Assembly: GCF_964204645.1 (NCBI RefSeq) | Contig: NC_134026.1 | Coordinates: forward strand, 14,728,150 to 14,792,149 | Source: Tubulanus polymorphus | Lineage: Eukaryota; Animalia; Nemertea | Direction of reading: 5' to 3' | DNA: 64,000 nucleotides | In this document: in pieces, positions 25,523 through 38,235 of the stretch | Numbering within the stretch: position 1 is the first letter of the stretch | Layout of the letters: every line of letters starts with the position of its first letter | Translations under genes and position numbers: made by a program | The notes under the pieces: model-generated | Seen by the model: only the letters and a program-made list of their open reading frames with translations | Databases searched by the model: none | What the model was told of the DNA's origin: nothing

Positions 25523-26574
25523 GTTATAGGTACATAGGACATTCGGGCGTTCCGGATTTTAAAGGTTGTTGGTGATAAGTAAGGCTGGTGGTGTAACAAG
25601 ACATGACTTTATTACAATTTCGTGTTCCCTTAAATGTACGAGATACACCCATTCACTCGCAGATGGCGAAACATGTCGTTCCACATAACAAGTTCATACA
25701 ACTGTCCCCAAAAGATCTCAATCTTTATTTTACTCTTTTCAACCAAACATGGTACCGGTATATCGGTACCATATTTCGTACTACGCGTAAGCCCACACAA
25801 CCATATATTCATAGGCTACATATGATCTCACCAACCACGCGTATTTCATGAAACTCAAACCCATTTTTGTTCTCCAATCTCAAAATTATTCCATTGATTT
25901 CCGAACTATGATTCGGAATATCAGCCAACAAAAGATATAGTAACAAATAATCCTGAACGATTAATCGAACCTACTTACCATGGCAAATCCCGAAAGATGT
26001 GAAGATATGTGGCAAATAGCTTTCAAACGTGCCTGGTCCCTGTGGAGTTTACACCATAATAATGAATCACCTCCAGTTTTTACGTACCCCAACTCCACGT
26101 CCATGTTCACGTCGGAATATTGTTAGATACAAAAGTTTTATGTTATCTCTAAAAGGTCGACGTTCAAGTTTCTTATACCTTCGATAATGATCTAGGCCAG
26201 AACGATAAAGCCTGCTACAAAGTCCGAAAATGAAAAAAAGCCTGAAGTCTTGACTTATGATACAGCAATGATGTTGATCGCATTTGGTTGTATATACCTA
26301 CGTAGCATAATTGGGTTCTGTATTTGTTTCGTTCCGAACGCATCCGATATTCGACCACGTCGGGTACACGTTTCGGAATTTGGCTACCAAACACCGACAC
26401 GCGTTTCGACTCCCACATATGGACGCAATGGAAATCCGAAGGTTCTTTATACGCTTAGTGCAGCTGCCAACGTGCTGTCCGTACCCATACCCTCAGACGA
26501 TCGACGTTGACGTCGTCAGTGTCTTATTGACGACCAGTCTTTGTGACGATTGCGAAAGGCTGTCGATACCATAT

Positions 26575-28482
26575 CTGCCCTAATGGGGCAAAACGCTGTA
26601 TGACTGAAAAATTCAAAAAATGACTTTTTTATGGATTCTGGGTAAACTTAACCCGCTCTTTTCAATGGCGGAAACCTAAAATCAATATCTCCTATAGTTT
26701 TTGAGATATAAATTGGCAAAGCGCAGTATGTTACCTAAGCAATTGGTATTAAAGTTGACAAACTGAAGTATGTATCCATAATTTGACAAAATGAAGTATG
26801 TTTGTGACTTACTGCGTTTTGTCAATTTTTTTCTGACAACATACTTCATTTTGTAAAAGTAAAGTAGGGTTTTTTTTATAAAATCAAACAGCTTTAATTG
26901 TTGCAATTAAAGGATTTTTTGGCCTGAGGTCTAGCATTTTAGAACAGGCAAGATTTTTTAGGCTTTCATTTACAAGAGCAATACATTTCAAGGTAAAATC
27001 TGTGTTTCAAAAACCAAAATAAAATGACAGCCGTTATACACTGATAATTTGACACTAAAGTGTACTAAATCGGCTTATTTATGTAGGGCTTTTTATATAG
27101 GTTTCACTCTTATTTTACAGGACTTGGAAGATGGCTCAGCTGTCATTCTCAATGATTTTCAGTGCTTTAAGAGAGGAAGGCGTGATAGATGCCCCAAAAC
27201 CTGCGCCTTTAAAACCAACAATTGTCAATTATTCGCCACCAGGAAACAATACATACCAGGAGTTACAGAAAAAACCATGGACAGAAAATACCAAAAGGCC
27301 TTCTGAACAGATAGGCAATTCCAACCAAGCTGGTGAGCCCGAAATCCAAGTTTCCTTTTCCGAGCCAGAAAACCGAGTTGATTATAATGAGCCTGCTGGA
27401 GATTTGCAAGTGCAACGTGTCGCTGTTGCCGGTGAGTCTAATGAAGTTCAACCCCCAGCAGCTGCTACTGGTGAACCTGACAATGAATCTCCGACAGCCA
27501 AAACTGTTGGTTCCAAAAAGCGAAAACGCCTCAGCAAAAGAGATCAATTTCTTAAATTAAAGGCGGAACACCCACTTTTGAAAACGTGCAAATGCACCCG
27601 TGAAAAGTGTAATGAAAAATTTACTGAAGCAAGAAGAGCTGTTATCCATGAATTGTTTTGGGATATGGAGGAAGATGATAGGAGGAGAGCATGGGTTTTC
27701 AACCATGTTAAAATATACCCAACAAAACGACTAGGCGGCAAGAAAACACAATACAGAAAATTCCACATGCCTGATGTGAATAATACATCCCAAACGGTTT
27801 GCCAGAATTTTTTCCTGAAGACCCTGGGATACACATCAGATCGCATTCTGACAAGTGTTCTTAGTGAGGTATCTTCAGGTATGGAATCATTCTCACCACC
27901 ACCCGATAAAAGAGGCAGGCATACGCCTAAACATGCAATGTCAGATGAAAAAAGGCAATTGATTAAGAATCACATAGAATCCTTCAATCCCCATTGCTCA
28001 CACTACAGGCGGGAACATGCCCCTCACACGAGATACCTTACAAACGAAATAAACATTACTGAGATGCACAAGGATTACATTATAAAAAATGCTGACAATC
28101 AAGTATCATACGACACTTATAGGCGTATCGTGGCAGATATGAAGATTAGTTTTGCTGTTTTGGGCGAAGAAGAATGTGAAATCTGTTTGGCCCATGAAAA
28201 GCATGTTTGTGCCTCACCAAATGATTGTAGCTTGTGTAGTGAATGGAACATACAGAAAATGCTCGAAAGGTCCGTGAAATGTATAGAAATGATTCAGAAG
28301 TACCCTTCAATGGGGACACTCTAGTATGTTCAGTAGATCTTGAAAAAGTAATCATGTTACCCAGACTACCAGGGGTAAAAACTGCAATATTTACTCGGCG
28401 GTTAGTAGTTTTTAATGAAACCTTTGCACCTCTAGGGAAAAATTATTCAAAGATTAAGCCCATTGGCATTATCTGGCATGAG
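26575..28482 (+). mobile_element. Sola1-type DNA transposon, 3'-truncated
   Basis: Putative left end atat|CTGCCCTAATGGGGCAAAACG followed by a transposase; cut off at the BEL junction. Confidence 0.7.
27131..28482 (+). pseudogene. Sola1-like transposase, N-terminal two thirds (one frameshift near 28245)
   Basis: VCQNFFLKTLG, DKRGRH, HIESF..SHYRR, EECEIC, SVDLEKVIMLP, FTRRLVVFNETF, WHE. Confidence 0.8.
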
Positions 28483-31400
28483 TAGATTTAGAACCTCCAG
28501 TCTACAGTTTAAATTCGTTGCGTCGTTTTTATGATAATTTAGAGCTGCATATCCGAAGTCTTGAATCTTTGAAGGTCGCGGCCGAGTCCTATGGTACACT
28601 TCTCGTTCCTATTATCATGAATAAATTGCCCGCTGTGGTAAAGCGGAACATTGCGCGTGCGAATGGGAGTTGCGAATTTGAATTGTCTGTGTTACGTTCT
28701 GCGATATTAGATGAAATAAATATTCTCGAGTTCTGCGATACGTCATCAGCCGGAACAATGACGTTACTTCTCGTCGACAATAATACCGCAAATTATGTCC
28801 ATGATTATAATCGTGTGAAGTTTAAATGTCGTTTTTGTCAGTCGAATGACCATTACCCTACGGCTTGTGGGCGTTGAACCGCAGGCTAGGCTGAATTTTG
28901 TTTTACGAAACAAGTTATGTTTCAATTGTCTTGGGGCTCATAGAATGAATAAATGTTCGTCAAAGGGTTCATGTAGAGTTTGTAACAAACGACATCATAC
29001 TAGTATTCATAGGGCGGAATTTCCAGGGCAGTTGAAAGTTCAAGTTCATTCTATTAATTCGAAATCTGGGCCCTCACGTCCACCGGTAGCTAAAACTCCA
29101 CGTGAATTACAACATGGTAAAACGTCTAATAACGTTTCTAATTCAGATTCAGGGTCTTCAGACTGGCATTGATGATTTACCGCCGTCAGTTTCTGAATGT
29201 AATCATCTTTCCATGGTTGAGGGTGGTGTTTCCTCTACTATATATTTGAAGACAGCTGTAGCACCGGTGGGGAGTGAAGGTACTCGTCTTAATGCTCACA
29301 TACTATTAGATGATGGATCACATCGTACTTTTGTTACGTCGGCATTAGTTCGCCAGCTAGGTGTTAAACCTCATAGATTTGAATCCGTTGATTTGAGTGG
29401 GTTCGGTGCTGTCGGTACTGGGTCTAGAGTAGTTGATGTCGTGTGGATCAGTATTATTGCGTGTACTGTTGATAAATCAGTTGTTTCTGTAGAAGCTATC
29501 GTTGTATCGGAGATAACCAGACCACTCAAGAGTTTAAAACGGTTCGGTTAATTGCATACCTGAATTTAAAGGTTTGAATTTTGCCCATCCGCCGGGGTAC
29601 AGTTCTAGTTCCTTTGATATCTCATTACTCATTGGATCTGATAATTACTACCTTTTTGTTCTTGGTAATCAGTTCATTAAATCTGCAAGTGGTCCGGTTG
29701 CTGTTCCGTCGAAATTGGGTCATTTAATTGCGGGTCGGTATAACGGTGATGACTTAACCAATTCTGTTCAATTGTCTATAATTGCTGAACCTGACACTTT
29801 CGATCTCAGACGTTTCTGGTCTCTAGAAATGTTGGGTATAGAGTCACCTACTGACCGAGATACATATTTTCTGGATGAGTTCTGTAGTAAGTCTATCATG
29901 TTAGTAGACGGGAGATACAGGGTTAATTTGCCTTGGAAAGATAATCATACTACCCACAAATTATAATGTTTCCAAATGTTTCCGCATCGCTAAAACCGAA
30001 GGTTTGTTGGAGAAGTATAGTGCTATAATTACTGATCAATTGTCACGTGGGTTTATTGAGAAATTCCCTCCGTTTCTAGCACTCGTGAGCATTATATTCT
30101 TAATCACCCGGTTTTCAGGCAGTCATCTACTACTCCGATTCGTATTGTTTTCGATTGCAGCTGTCGACAGTCGAAGTCTTCCGTATCTCTTAATAACTGC
30201 CTGGAAGCTGGGCCACCGTTGCTGAACGATATTACTCTAGCGATTCTAGAGTGACTCTAGCGATCCGGAGAGCGAGTTTACTATATATAGATTCAAGCGT
30301 ATCTTGTTCGGGGCAACATGTTCACCCTTTTTATTGAATAGTTGCATTATATACCATTTGCGAAATCATGAGAGTAAACTTTCTCTACAACTTCTGAGAG
30401 ACATATATGTTGATAACATTGTAATTAGTGTTCCTACTGAGTCGGATGCTTTGCGTTTTTTCCACGGTTCTAGATAATGTTTCTCGGAAGTCAATTTCAA
30501 TTTACGTTGTTGGTCTTCCAACTCGAAAGAGCTCCAAAAGTCTGCTACTGATCAGGGGGTTATAGAAAGCTCTACTGTCGTGAATATTTTTGGTATCAGT
30601 TGGGATGTTGAAAAGGAGTTGTGAGTTGTCTTATTTTCCCAAAGTTTTATCATCTGTTTATCCATGCACAAAACGCCTTGTCCTACAGAGAGCTGCAACA
30701 GTTTATGATCCACTAGGTCTCCTAGCTCCAGTTACGATTCGAACTAAAATGCTATAGCAGGATATTTGGAAGCAAAACTTTGACTGGGATGAACCCTTGT
30801 CAGTAGAGTTTCGAACTGAATGGCAAACTATACTTGTTGATATTCGTGAGAGTTTAGAGTTGAGTTTCCCTCGTATTGTAAATCGTCATTTACTGGACGG
30901 TACATATTCACCCGTTGAGTTACATGTCTTTTGTGACAGCAGTACATCCGCTTATGGAGCCGTTGTTTATATTCAGTGTAGAAATGGATCAAGTATTTTG
31001 ATTGCTAAAGCTAGGGCCGCACCTGTCAAGGAACTCACGGTCCCTGCGTTAATTGGTTTGCGATTGATTAAACATGCTTATGATTCTATATCTATTGTTA
31101 TTGATTTACCTGATGGACTCTTTGCGTGGTCCGACAGTCAAATTGTACTTGGCTGGCTTCGTTCGAACAAGAAGTTGTCTGCTTTTGTTTCTAACCGTGT
31201 AAAAGAGATTCAGTCTCTCGTATCAGCTGAAAACTGGCATTATTGTCCTACAGCTTTCAACTCGGCTGATTTGTTAACAAGAGGTGGTTCAGTTCAAAAT
31301 TTGAAGTCCGATTTGTGGCTCCATGGTCCAGATTGGTTGGTCAATGATTTATGCCGACCCGCTCTTGTTGACACGTCAGCGGTGTTACATTTGATGTAAT

Positions 31401-32778
31401 TAATGATGATTCGATCCATACGAATCATATCATAGATGTTCCTGGTTCTATTGATCAAGTGATCAACATTGATGATTACTCGTCTTTGATTGTATTGTTG
31501 AGAGTTACGGCTTATGTCCTTCGTTTTATATTTAACCTGAAATGTCGTGGTGATGGACGCGTCACGCATCCACTTCATGCTTCTGAAATCGACGAAGCGG
31601 AATGTTTGTGGATTAAACGGCTGCAAGATGTATCGTATCATGACGTGAAAACTAACCTCCTTAATGGTTCGAAGAAACGTTGTTCATTAATCGGTCAACT
31701 CCAGTTGTTCCTTGATGAAAGGGGCATAATTCGTTGTAAGGGACGCATTCAAAATTCTTCATTACCATCTGATATGAAATGTCCTATTCTTATTCCAAAA
31801 CATTCTCGCTTAGCCGATTTGATAGCACATGACGCACATTTGAGAGTATTCCACCTGGTTGTTCCTGCCGGTCGCTAAGATTAGAGAAATGTATTGGATA
31901 ATTCAAATTCGTCAGTTCATTAAGTCTCATGTGCGACGTTGCGTGACATTCCGAAGGTAACAATCTTTGCCATATCGACGGCCTGATTCTCCTGCGTTAC
32001 CAGAATTCAGGGTGTCTGAACTACCAGCATTTAGTTATACGGGACTGGATTACTGTGGTCCTTTTATTGTTAAGGGCAATGTGAAATGTTGGGTTTGTTT
32101 ATTCACATGCGCGGTTTCGCGCGCTGTGCACATTGAACTTGTTTATAGTAATTCTACCAAAGATTTTCTTCTCTCTTTCAGACGTTTCGCAGCAAGACGC
32201 TCCATACCAAGGCTTCTAATTTCTGACAATCAAACTGCTTATATTGGAGCGAACGCTGAACTACGGCGAATTTATCGCGACACCAAAGTACACAATTTTC
32301 TCTCTCGGAGAAACGTCGATTGGAAGTTCATAGTGAAACGCGGACCTTGGTATGGAGGCTTCTGGGAACGGCTTTGATGAAGGTACTCGGTAGAACGTCT
32401 GTTACTGGTGTCGAGTTGTACACGGTATTGTGTGAGATAGAAGCTTGGTTTACAGGGGACAATCGTGAGATTGCTAAACCTGGCTCTGTTGTCATCATAC
32501 ATGATGAAAATATCCCTCGACTAAGGTGGAAATTAGGAATAATTCAGAAATTGCACAGGGGTAGTGATGGTTTAGTAAGATCCGCCACTGTCAAAACCGC
32601 TACTGGTGTAACTAGTAGGCCCATCTCAAGGTTATATCCACTTGAGATTGATACCACTATTGAAGAGAACAAAGCTTGTTCAGATCCTGTTGACACAGAT
32701 CAAGTAGCTTCTAAACCTGTCCGTAGAGCTGCAGAGTTAGCTAAACTTAAGATCAATCAGTATTTTGCTGATAATTGA
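28483..32778 (+). pseudogene. BEL/Pao gag-pol polyprotein remnants
   Basis: Three zinc knuckles (CRFC..H..C, CFNC..H..C, CRVC..HH..H), LLDDGS protease, FGATCSPF/YVDN RT, LHVFCDSS..AYGAVVY RNase H, GLDYCGP and PWYGGFWERL integrase, RWKLG..G.DGLVRSA tail. Confidence 0.93.
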
Positions 32779-32913
32779 TAACTAGAGACTATTTTGTATT
32801 TGTATGTATTGGTTTGATCATGTTTATATAATAAGTATTTGTATGTATTTGTTTGATCATGTTTATATAATGCTCAATTGTTAGTCTATTTCTAGATTTC
32901 TTTGCTGGCGGAG

Positions 32914-33103
32914 TGTCGTGACTCGCACGATAGTGTTTAAGCCCCGTCAACACACATTGAGTTCTCAGTCACAAATCTCAATCTCTGTCACATATCGTTG
33001 AATTTCTATAGATAAAGTTGTATATATCAAGTCATATGTTATGAATAAAACTCAGATCGTGTCTGTATTCCAAGCAGTACTGTGTTTCTCTCTATCTCTC
33101 TCA
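32914..33103 (+). repeat. 3' LTR of the BEL/Pao element
   Basis: TGT start after the polypurine tract, AATAAA near 33044, CA end (right boundary approximate). Confidence 0.65.
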
Positions 33104-33109
33104 TGTGGT

Positions 33110-33224
33110 GTCGGCGATCTCATACTGGCATGTGTTTCACCACAATGGCCACGAGGTGGCAATGGGGTCTCGGCGATCTCATACTGGCATGTGTTTCACC
33201 ACAATGGCCACCAGGTGGCAATGG
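33110..33224 (+). repeat. Tandem duplication of a unit of about 60 bp
   Basis: TCGGCGATCTCATACTGGCATGTGTTTCACCACAATGGCCAC(G/C)AGGTGGCAATGG twice. Confidence 0.9.
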
Positions 33225-34293
33225 ATAGCCGAATAACTTGGTATTTTCAGATAATATTGGTATCTAGGCATATTTTGTAATGCAAAATTATAGCTAGTGA
33301 CATGTTCTATGATTGTGATGAGTTCTAAGGTCATTCCTGTCTTAATATGTTCACCAGGGGGCATTGAATATTGACATTTCCTGTTTGTTGAGCATGGGAA
33401 GTGGGTCCCTGGACTCCTAGTTGTCTGACTGTCAGTTAGTTAAATTCGGTTAAAAAGACACTTTGTACCACACATACGTATTTTTTCAAAGAAACGTCCG
33501 CCTGAGGCATCCGTGGCATCCGTCTACTATATTGTCAGGTACTGATTGGTTTTGTTTTGCAAAATCATATCACTTAGAGCAAATAATACAAGTAGACATA
33601 GTTACATAGTTATAAGAGGACATTCGTGATTGAAGTGTGTATGTAGACAGGACAGTCAATTGAATCAATTTAACACGGACTGACTTTGATTGACAGACGA
33701 AAAATGCCCTGTTCGGCGTGATAGTAGAAAAAAAGATATATATTTAATGAGAAAATTGAATTTCTTTTCACTGATATCTCGTATCCACCTCACTACTAGT
33801 CAATTTTAAACTCTGTCTTACACCATATGCAGACCTGTCAACTGTTCCTGATTTTCAGTAATTGTTACTATTTTATAATGAGAAATACTGATCATATTTG
33901 ATTTGTTCGATGAATACAGAAATATGAAAGGTGTTACTGAGGGTCTTACTGTTGAATGAAATGTTACTGAAAAAAATTAAAATTGGTCCTCTTGTCTTTT
34001 ATAGGTAAAATCAATTTTCCTGCCCATGCTTTATAAAAATATCTGTAGAAATATGTTTTCAAAATGCAAGGAAATTCAAATAGTATTGGGTTGTGTCTAT
34101 TCAATGCCCATCCAGTGCTATAGGCTGAGAGCTGGATCAGATACTGTAAACAGATGAAGTTAAAACAGATTTATCACATATCTGATGTTTTTTAATATGC
34201 CTGAATTCATTTTCAAATTATTTGGAATAAAAGTTTACATCAACTTTATTTACATTATGAAATATTTGTAATGAGCTATTTCGATTTTCTTAG

Positions 34294-37200
34294 GTCCGGA
34301 AGGAAAAAGAAAAATGCCATTAAACGCTCGTTAAGAAGTTTACTGTTTTATAAGCTTTTGATTATGTGCTAGTTAGTTTCAAGGTCATTGGTATCTTTAC
34401 TTGTTCACCAGGGGCGTCGAATATTGGAACCGTCCAAAATTTCACCTAGCACCCTAGTTTTGTTGTAATATTAGAGAACATCTTTAATAAAGTGTTTCAT
34501 ACGTTTGCAATTATTTCACACATGTATCACTTTGTAACTAAGGCTTTTTAAAATCTTTTAAGGGCCAGAAAGAAAAAGAAAAGCCCAATTAGACGTTCGT
34601 CATGAAGGTAACTTCAGTGAACTCCTCTTAATCCGGATCCCATTAATCCGGATTTGCTTATTATTGTGGTTTGTTCAGTCCGTTTTTTCTTCAAATCCTT
34701 AATGAATAATTCAGTTCATCCGTACGTATATCCGTTCATTCAGTTAAGTAGAAATCCGTATTTCCACTTTAACTGTACAAACATTTTGGTCCATTCATGC
34801 ATAATCGATGGTTTCCATGTCACTTATTCCCGTATCGCTAAAGGTTGAATGGGTCATGCTACTATGAGGCCTAGTTCATACGTCAAACATCATTGATTAC
34901 TTTTCTATCCTTTGGGAATTCCCCATTTTAGCCCACTTGGGACTTTAGTCCCAGCGGGCTATTGCGTTCACTTTTTGTCCGTCGTCCGTTAGACGAAATC
35001 CTGTTATTTTGGAAAGTTTTGAAGACGCTTCAAGGGATTGTTATGACATTTGGTTTACATATGTTTCTTACCTAGATACATCTTCAGCCCAAAAACTGGT
35101 CCGGCCAGAATCAAGATGGTCGACTGGCAGCCATTGTCGTTTACTGAAATCAGCACTTCACACAGCTTTGAAGTTTTCGAGGGAAACTTTGAACCACTCT
35201 AATCAATTAACTTGATCATTCATGTATATTTGTATCCCCCAAAGGCCCATCACCTTTTGGAAAATTGGGTCGATCAGACTCAAGATGGCTGTCCTGTGAC
35301 CTTTTTTTGTGTCGAAAAATGTCAATTCTGACCCAAATTCTTGAGTCCTGTAGCTTCCTATTGGTTTGCTATTTTTCATTGAAATTCGTGATGGATATTC
35401 TATGAAAAGGGACATTGATACATGAGACAGGAATGATCAGCCAATTACCACGCAATTGGCGGCCATCATAGTGTCGTCAATACTCATTCTGTGGTGGAAA
35501 AAAGTTTTTTTGAGGAAAATATCAACAGGTTTTAACTTATAGTGTTGATATTTGAAAGTTGTAGCTCATGACTATGATTGTGGTGAGTTTCAGGGTCATT
35601 GGTTTTTTAACCCACTTGGGACTTAACCCCAGGGGGCAATTGCGTTCACTTTTCGTCCGTCCGACCATTCGTCCGTAGACGGATTCCAGTTATTTTGGGA
35701 AGTTTTGAAGACACTTCATGGGATTGTCTTGATATTGGGTTTATTATTGTATATGGGTTTAGACATGTATCTACCCTAGACCCATCTTCAGCCCGATCAG
35801 AATCTAAATGGCTGACTGGTGTCCATTGTCATTCGCCGAGCCCGAAACCTGCACTTTTTACACATTTTTGAAGTTTTGAAGGGACATTTTGAAGACACTT
35901 TCATTAATTATCTTGATCTTTCAAATATATATATTTGTATAGCCCTATCAGTGTTAGAAAAATTGGGTTAATCGAACTCAAGATTGCCGTCCTGTGACCT
36001 TTTTTGTGCCAAAAATAGCCAATATTGGCCTGAATTCTGAGACCTGTAACTTCCCACTAGTTCAGCATATTCCATTGAAATTTGTGATGGGCATTCAATG
36101 GAAAAGGATCTTTAATAAACCAGCCCGGTATTATCGATCAGTCAATTATCACGCAATTGGCGGCCAAATTGGCGGCCATCATAGTGTCATCAGTACTCAT
36201 TCGTAGGTGGAAAAAGGTTTTTTGAGTAAAATATCAACAGGTTTTAAGTTATTGTCTTGAATTTGTTTATTATTAGCACTGTCATAGGATGCATCTCCTC
36301 ACTTGGAATTGACACGATTGAATTTAATGGATAAACCATGTTTCGAACAGTATCCAGGTTGCATTTTGTTTTCTCTACTTATACTAATTGGTGCAAATGC
36401 ATGCACGTATAAGTAGTAGATGACCCGCATCGGGAAACAGGTCATGCATCAATCCACGTACATATCAACCTATCATCCTTGATTTGTCAAAAGGTCTTTT
36501 ATAGTCACATAATTGTTGGTGTTGAGCTAAGGTCTATGACTTTTATTGGGAAAAATATCCTAAAAAAACGAGTCAGACGATGGACTTTGTCAGTAATTAG
36601 TTTTAACCTGACTGTTGTTTGGTTTCACTCAGATATTTTCAAAAAATTCCATCTGATTTATAAATGCTTACCACCTGCAATAAGGTAACTAACTTTTCAG
36701 CAACTGGCCTGGTTTAATTTGTAATGCCGTAAAATTTGAAATACTTAAGGGCTCCTGGTGTATGATATTTTGTTGATCGAGCTTCCATATTTTGAGCCTC
36801 AGGACTTTTCAAAGTGCTAACGTTTTGCATTGATACATCTGTACATTGTCTATATTCCCAACTCATTGTCTAATCCAGTTGAACTTCGTTTGGACCCAAC
36901 TTGCAAAAATGTTTGATAAGCATTGTAACACTGTACAGTGTGTACCAACCAAGCTAACTCGTCTTCACCCAGAGTTTGAGTTTTGATTTCTCTTTCGTCC
37001 TATTAGAAAGTATCTTTCTAGTTTTACGCATGTATAACTTTAAAACTCACACTTTTTACTATCTTTTAAGGGCCGGAACGTAAAAGAAAAGCTGCATTAG
37101 ACACTGTTTGCGAAGGTAACTGGTTTAGTGGCCTTTGATTATGCGCAAGTTTGCACTACAATTTTAGTGTCCAGCAACAAATGGTGCTTGTGTCCAAACA

Positions 37201-37468
37201 AAATACAATTCAATTTACAGAAGTTAACTGACATCCTGTTACAAGGTGTTAGTGGTCGAATCTGAGGGGAGAAACATTTATCTTTTTTTTTTATATTTGC
37301 TGTCTGGAAAGGGGAGACATAATAATCTATTAATGTGTATGAATGTGAATGTAATTGTTTAATCTTTTAGATGCAACAGATCGAAAGCTCTGAGAGCGGA
37401 AGAAAAAAATGGTTGTATTGGAGGATGACGAGTTATGCGATTCAGGACAAGAATGGACAATTGGAGGT
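34294..37468 (+). other. Remnant of an unidentified spliced gene with three paralogous 45-nt micro-exons (34294-34338, 34563-34607, 37071-37115) and further short exons
   Basis: Pyrimidine tract plus AG acceptors; GAAG|GTAACT donors in two copies; peptides PEGKRKMPLNAR*E, PERKRKAQLDVRHE, PERKRKAALDTVCE. Confidence 0.65.
34926..36290 (+). mobile_element. Two adjacent Helentron/DINE-like repeat copies (second starts near 35603)
   Basis: TTTTAGCCCACTTGGGACTTTAGTCCCAGCGGGCTATT and TTTTAACCCACTTGGGACTTAACCCCAGGGG heads with GTCC repeats; shared body with the other copies. Confidence 0.65.
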
Positions 37469-38235
37469 TAGAGAAAGTGATCGTTATTGATACCAATATT
37501 TAACTATGTTGTGTTAGAATTGGTGTTCAAGGTATAAATTTTTAGGCCAGCCTTAAGCTGAGTCTGTTACTATATAAATGGAGCGATTTCAAATGACATG
37601 GTTTCCAATAAAAGGCCTTTTGACCATGCGACTGAGCATATATTCTTACTAGTCATGCATTCAAGCGTTATCCATTCTCCAGGTAGCTGGATTTTTAAAA
37701 AGGGCCTCAGGAGGTGTACAGGAGGTATTTACTTCGAATACATTCCCTGGGAAAATACACTATAGCCATATTGCTTTTGGCTAGGCAGATAACGCCCGAA
37801 TCGACTTTTGGTAGGGGCCCCGTAACATAGCGCCATCTGGCGAGACGCCATCATCTTTTTGCTTGGCGCTTGTTCTCTAGAGAACGTGTTTCGGCAGTGC
37901 TCGTAAATCGGTTAAAATTCTTCGTGTTGGATCGGACATCCGTTCTAATTGGTATAAGAAACAGACATAAGAGTGATTGATCTCGGAATAGAAGTCGAAC
38001 TTCGGGTGAGATCGTTTTTAATCTATGCGCATTTCAACATTTTGCCACCGGTTTTCTTCTTCCGGTTTCGCGGGAGCGCCGTGCTGTTTTCGTAGCGGCT
38101 CCTCCCGCCTTATATATTTAATGATTATCATTCAACGTAATTGATTTCCGTCTCATCATTCACGAAAATTAATAATCTGTACTAAAAATCGTATCAATAA
38201 TTAACCCTTCATTTCAGCTTATTTTAGGGTTTAAC

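Larger units (their letters stand above)
28483..33103 (+). mobile_element. BEL/Pao LTR retrotransposon, 5'-truncated and decayed
   Basis: gag-protease-RT-RNase H-integrase order, purine-rich GGCGGAG tract followed by TGT-starting LTR. Confidence 0.93.
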
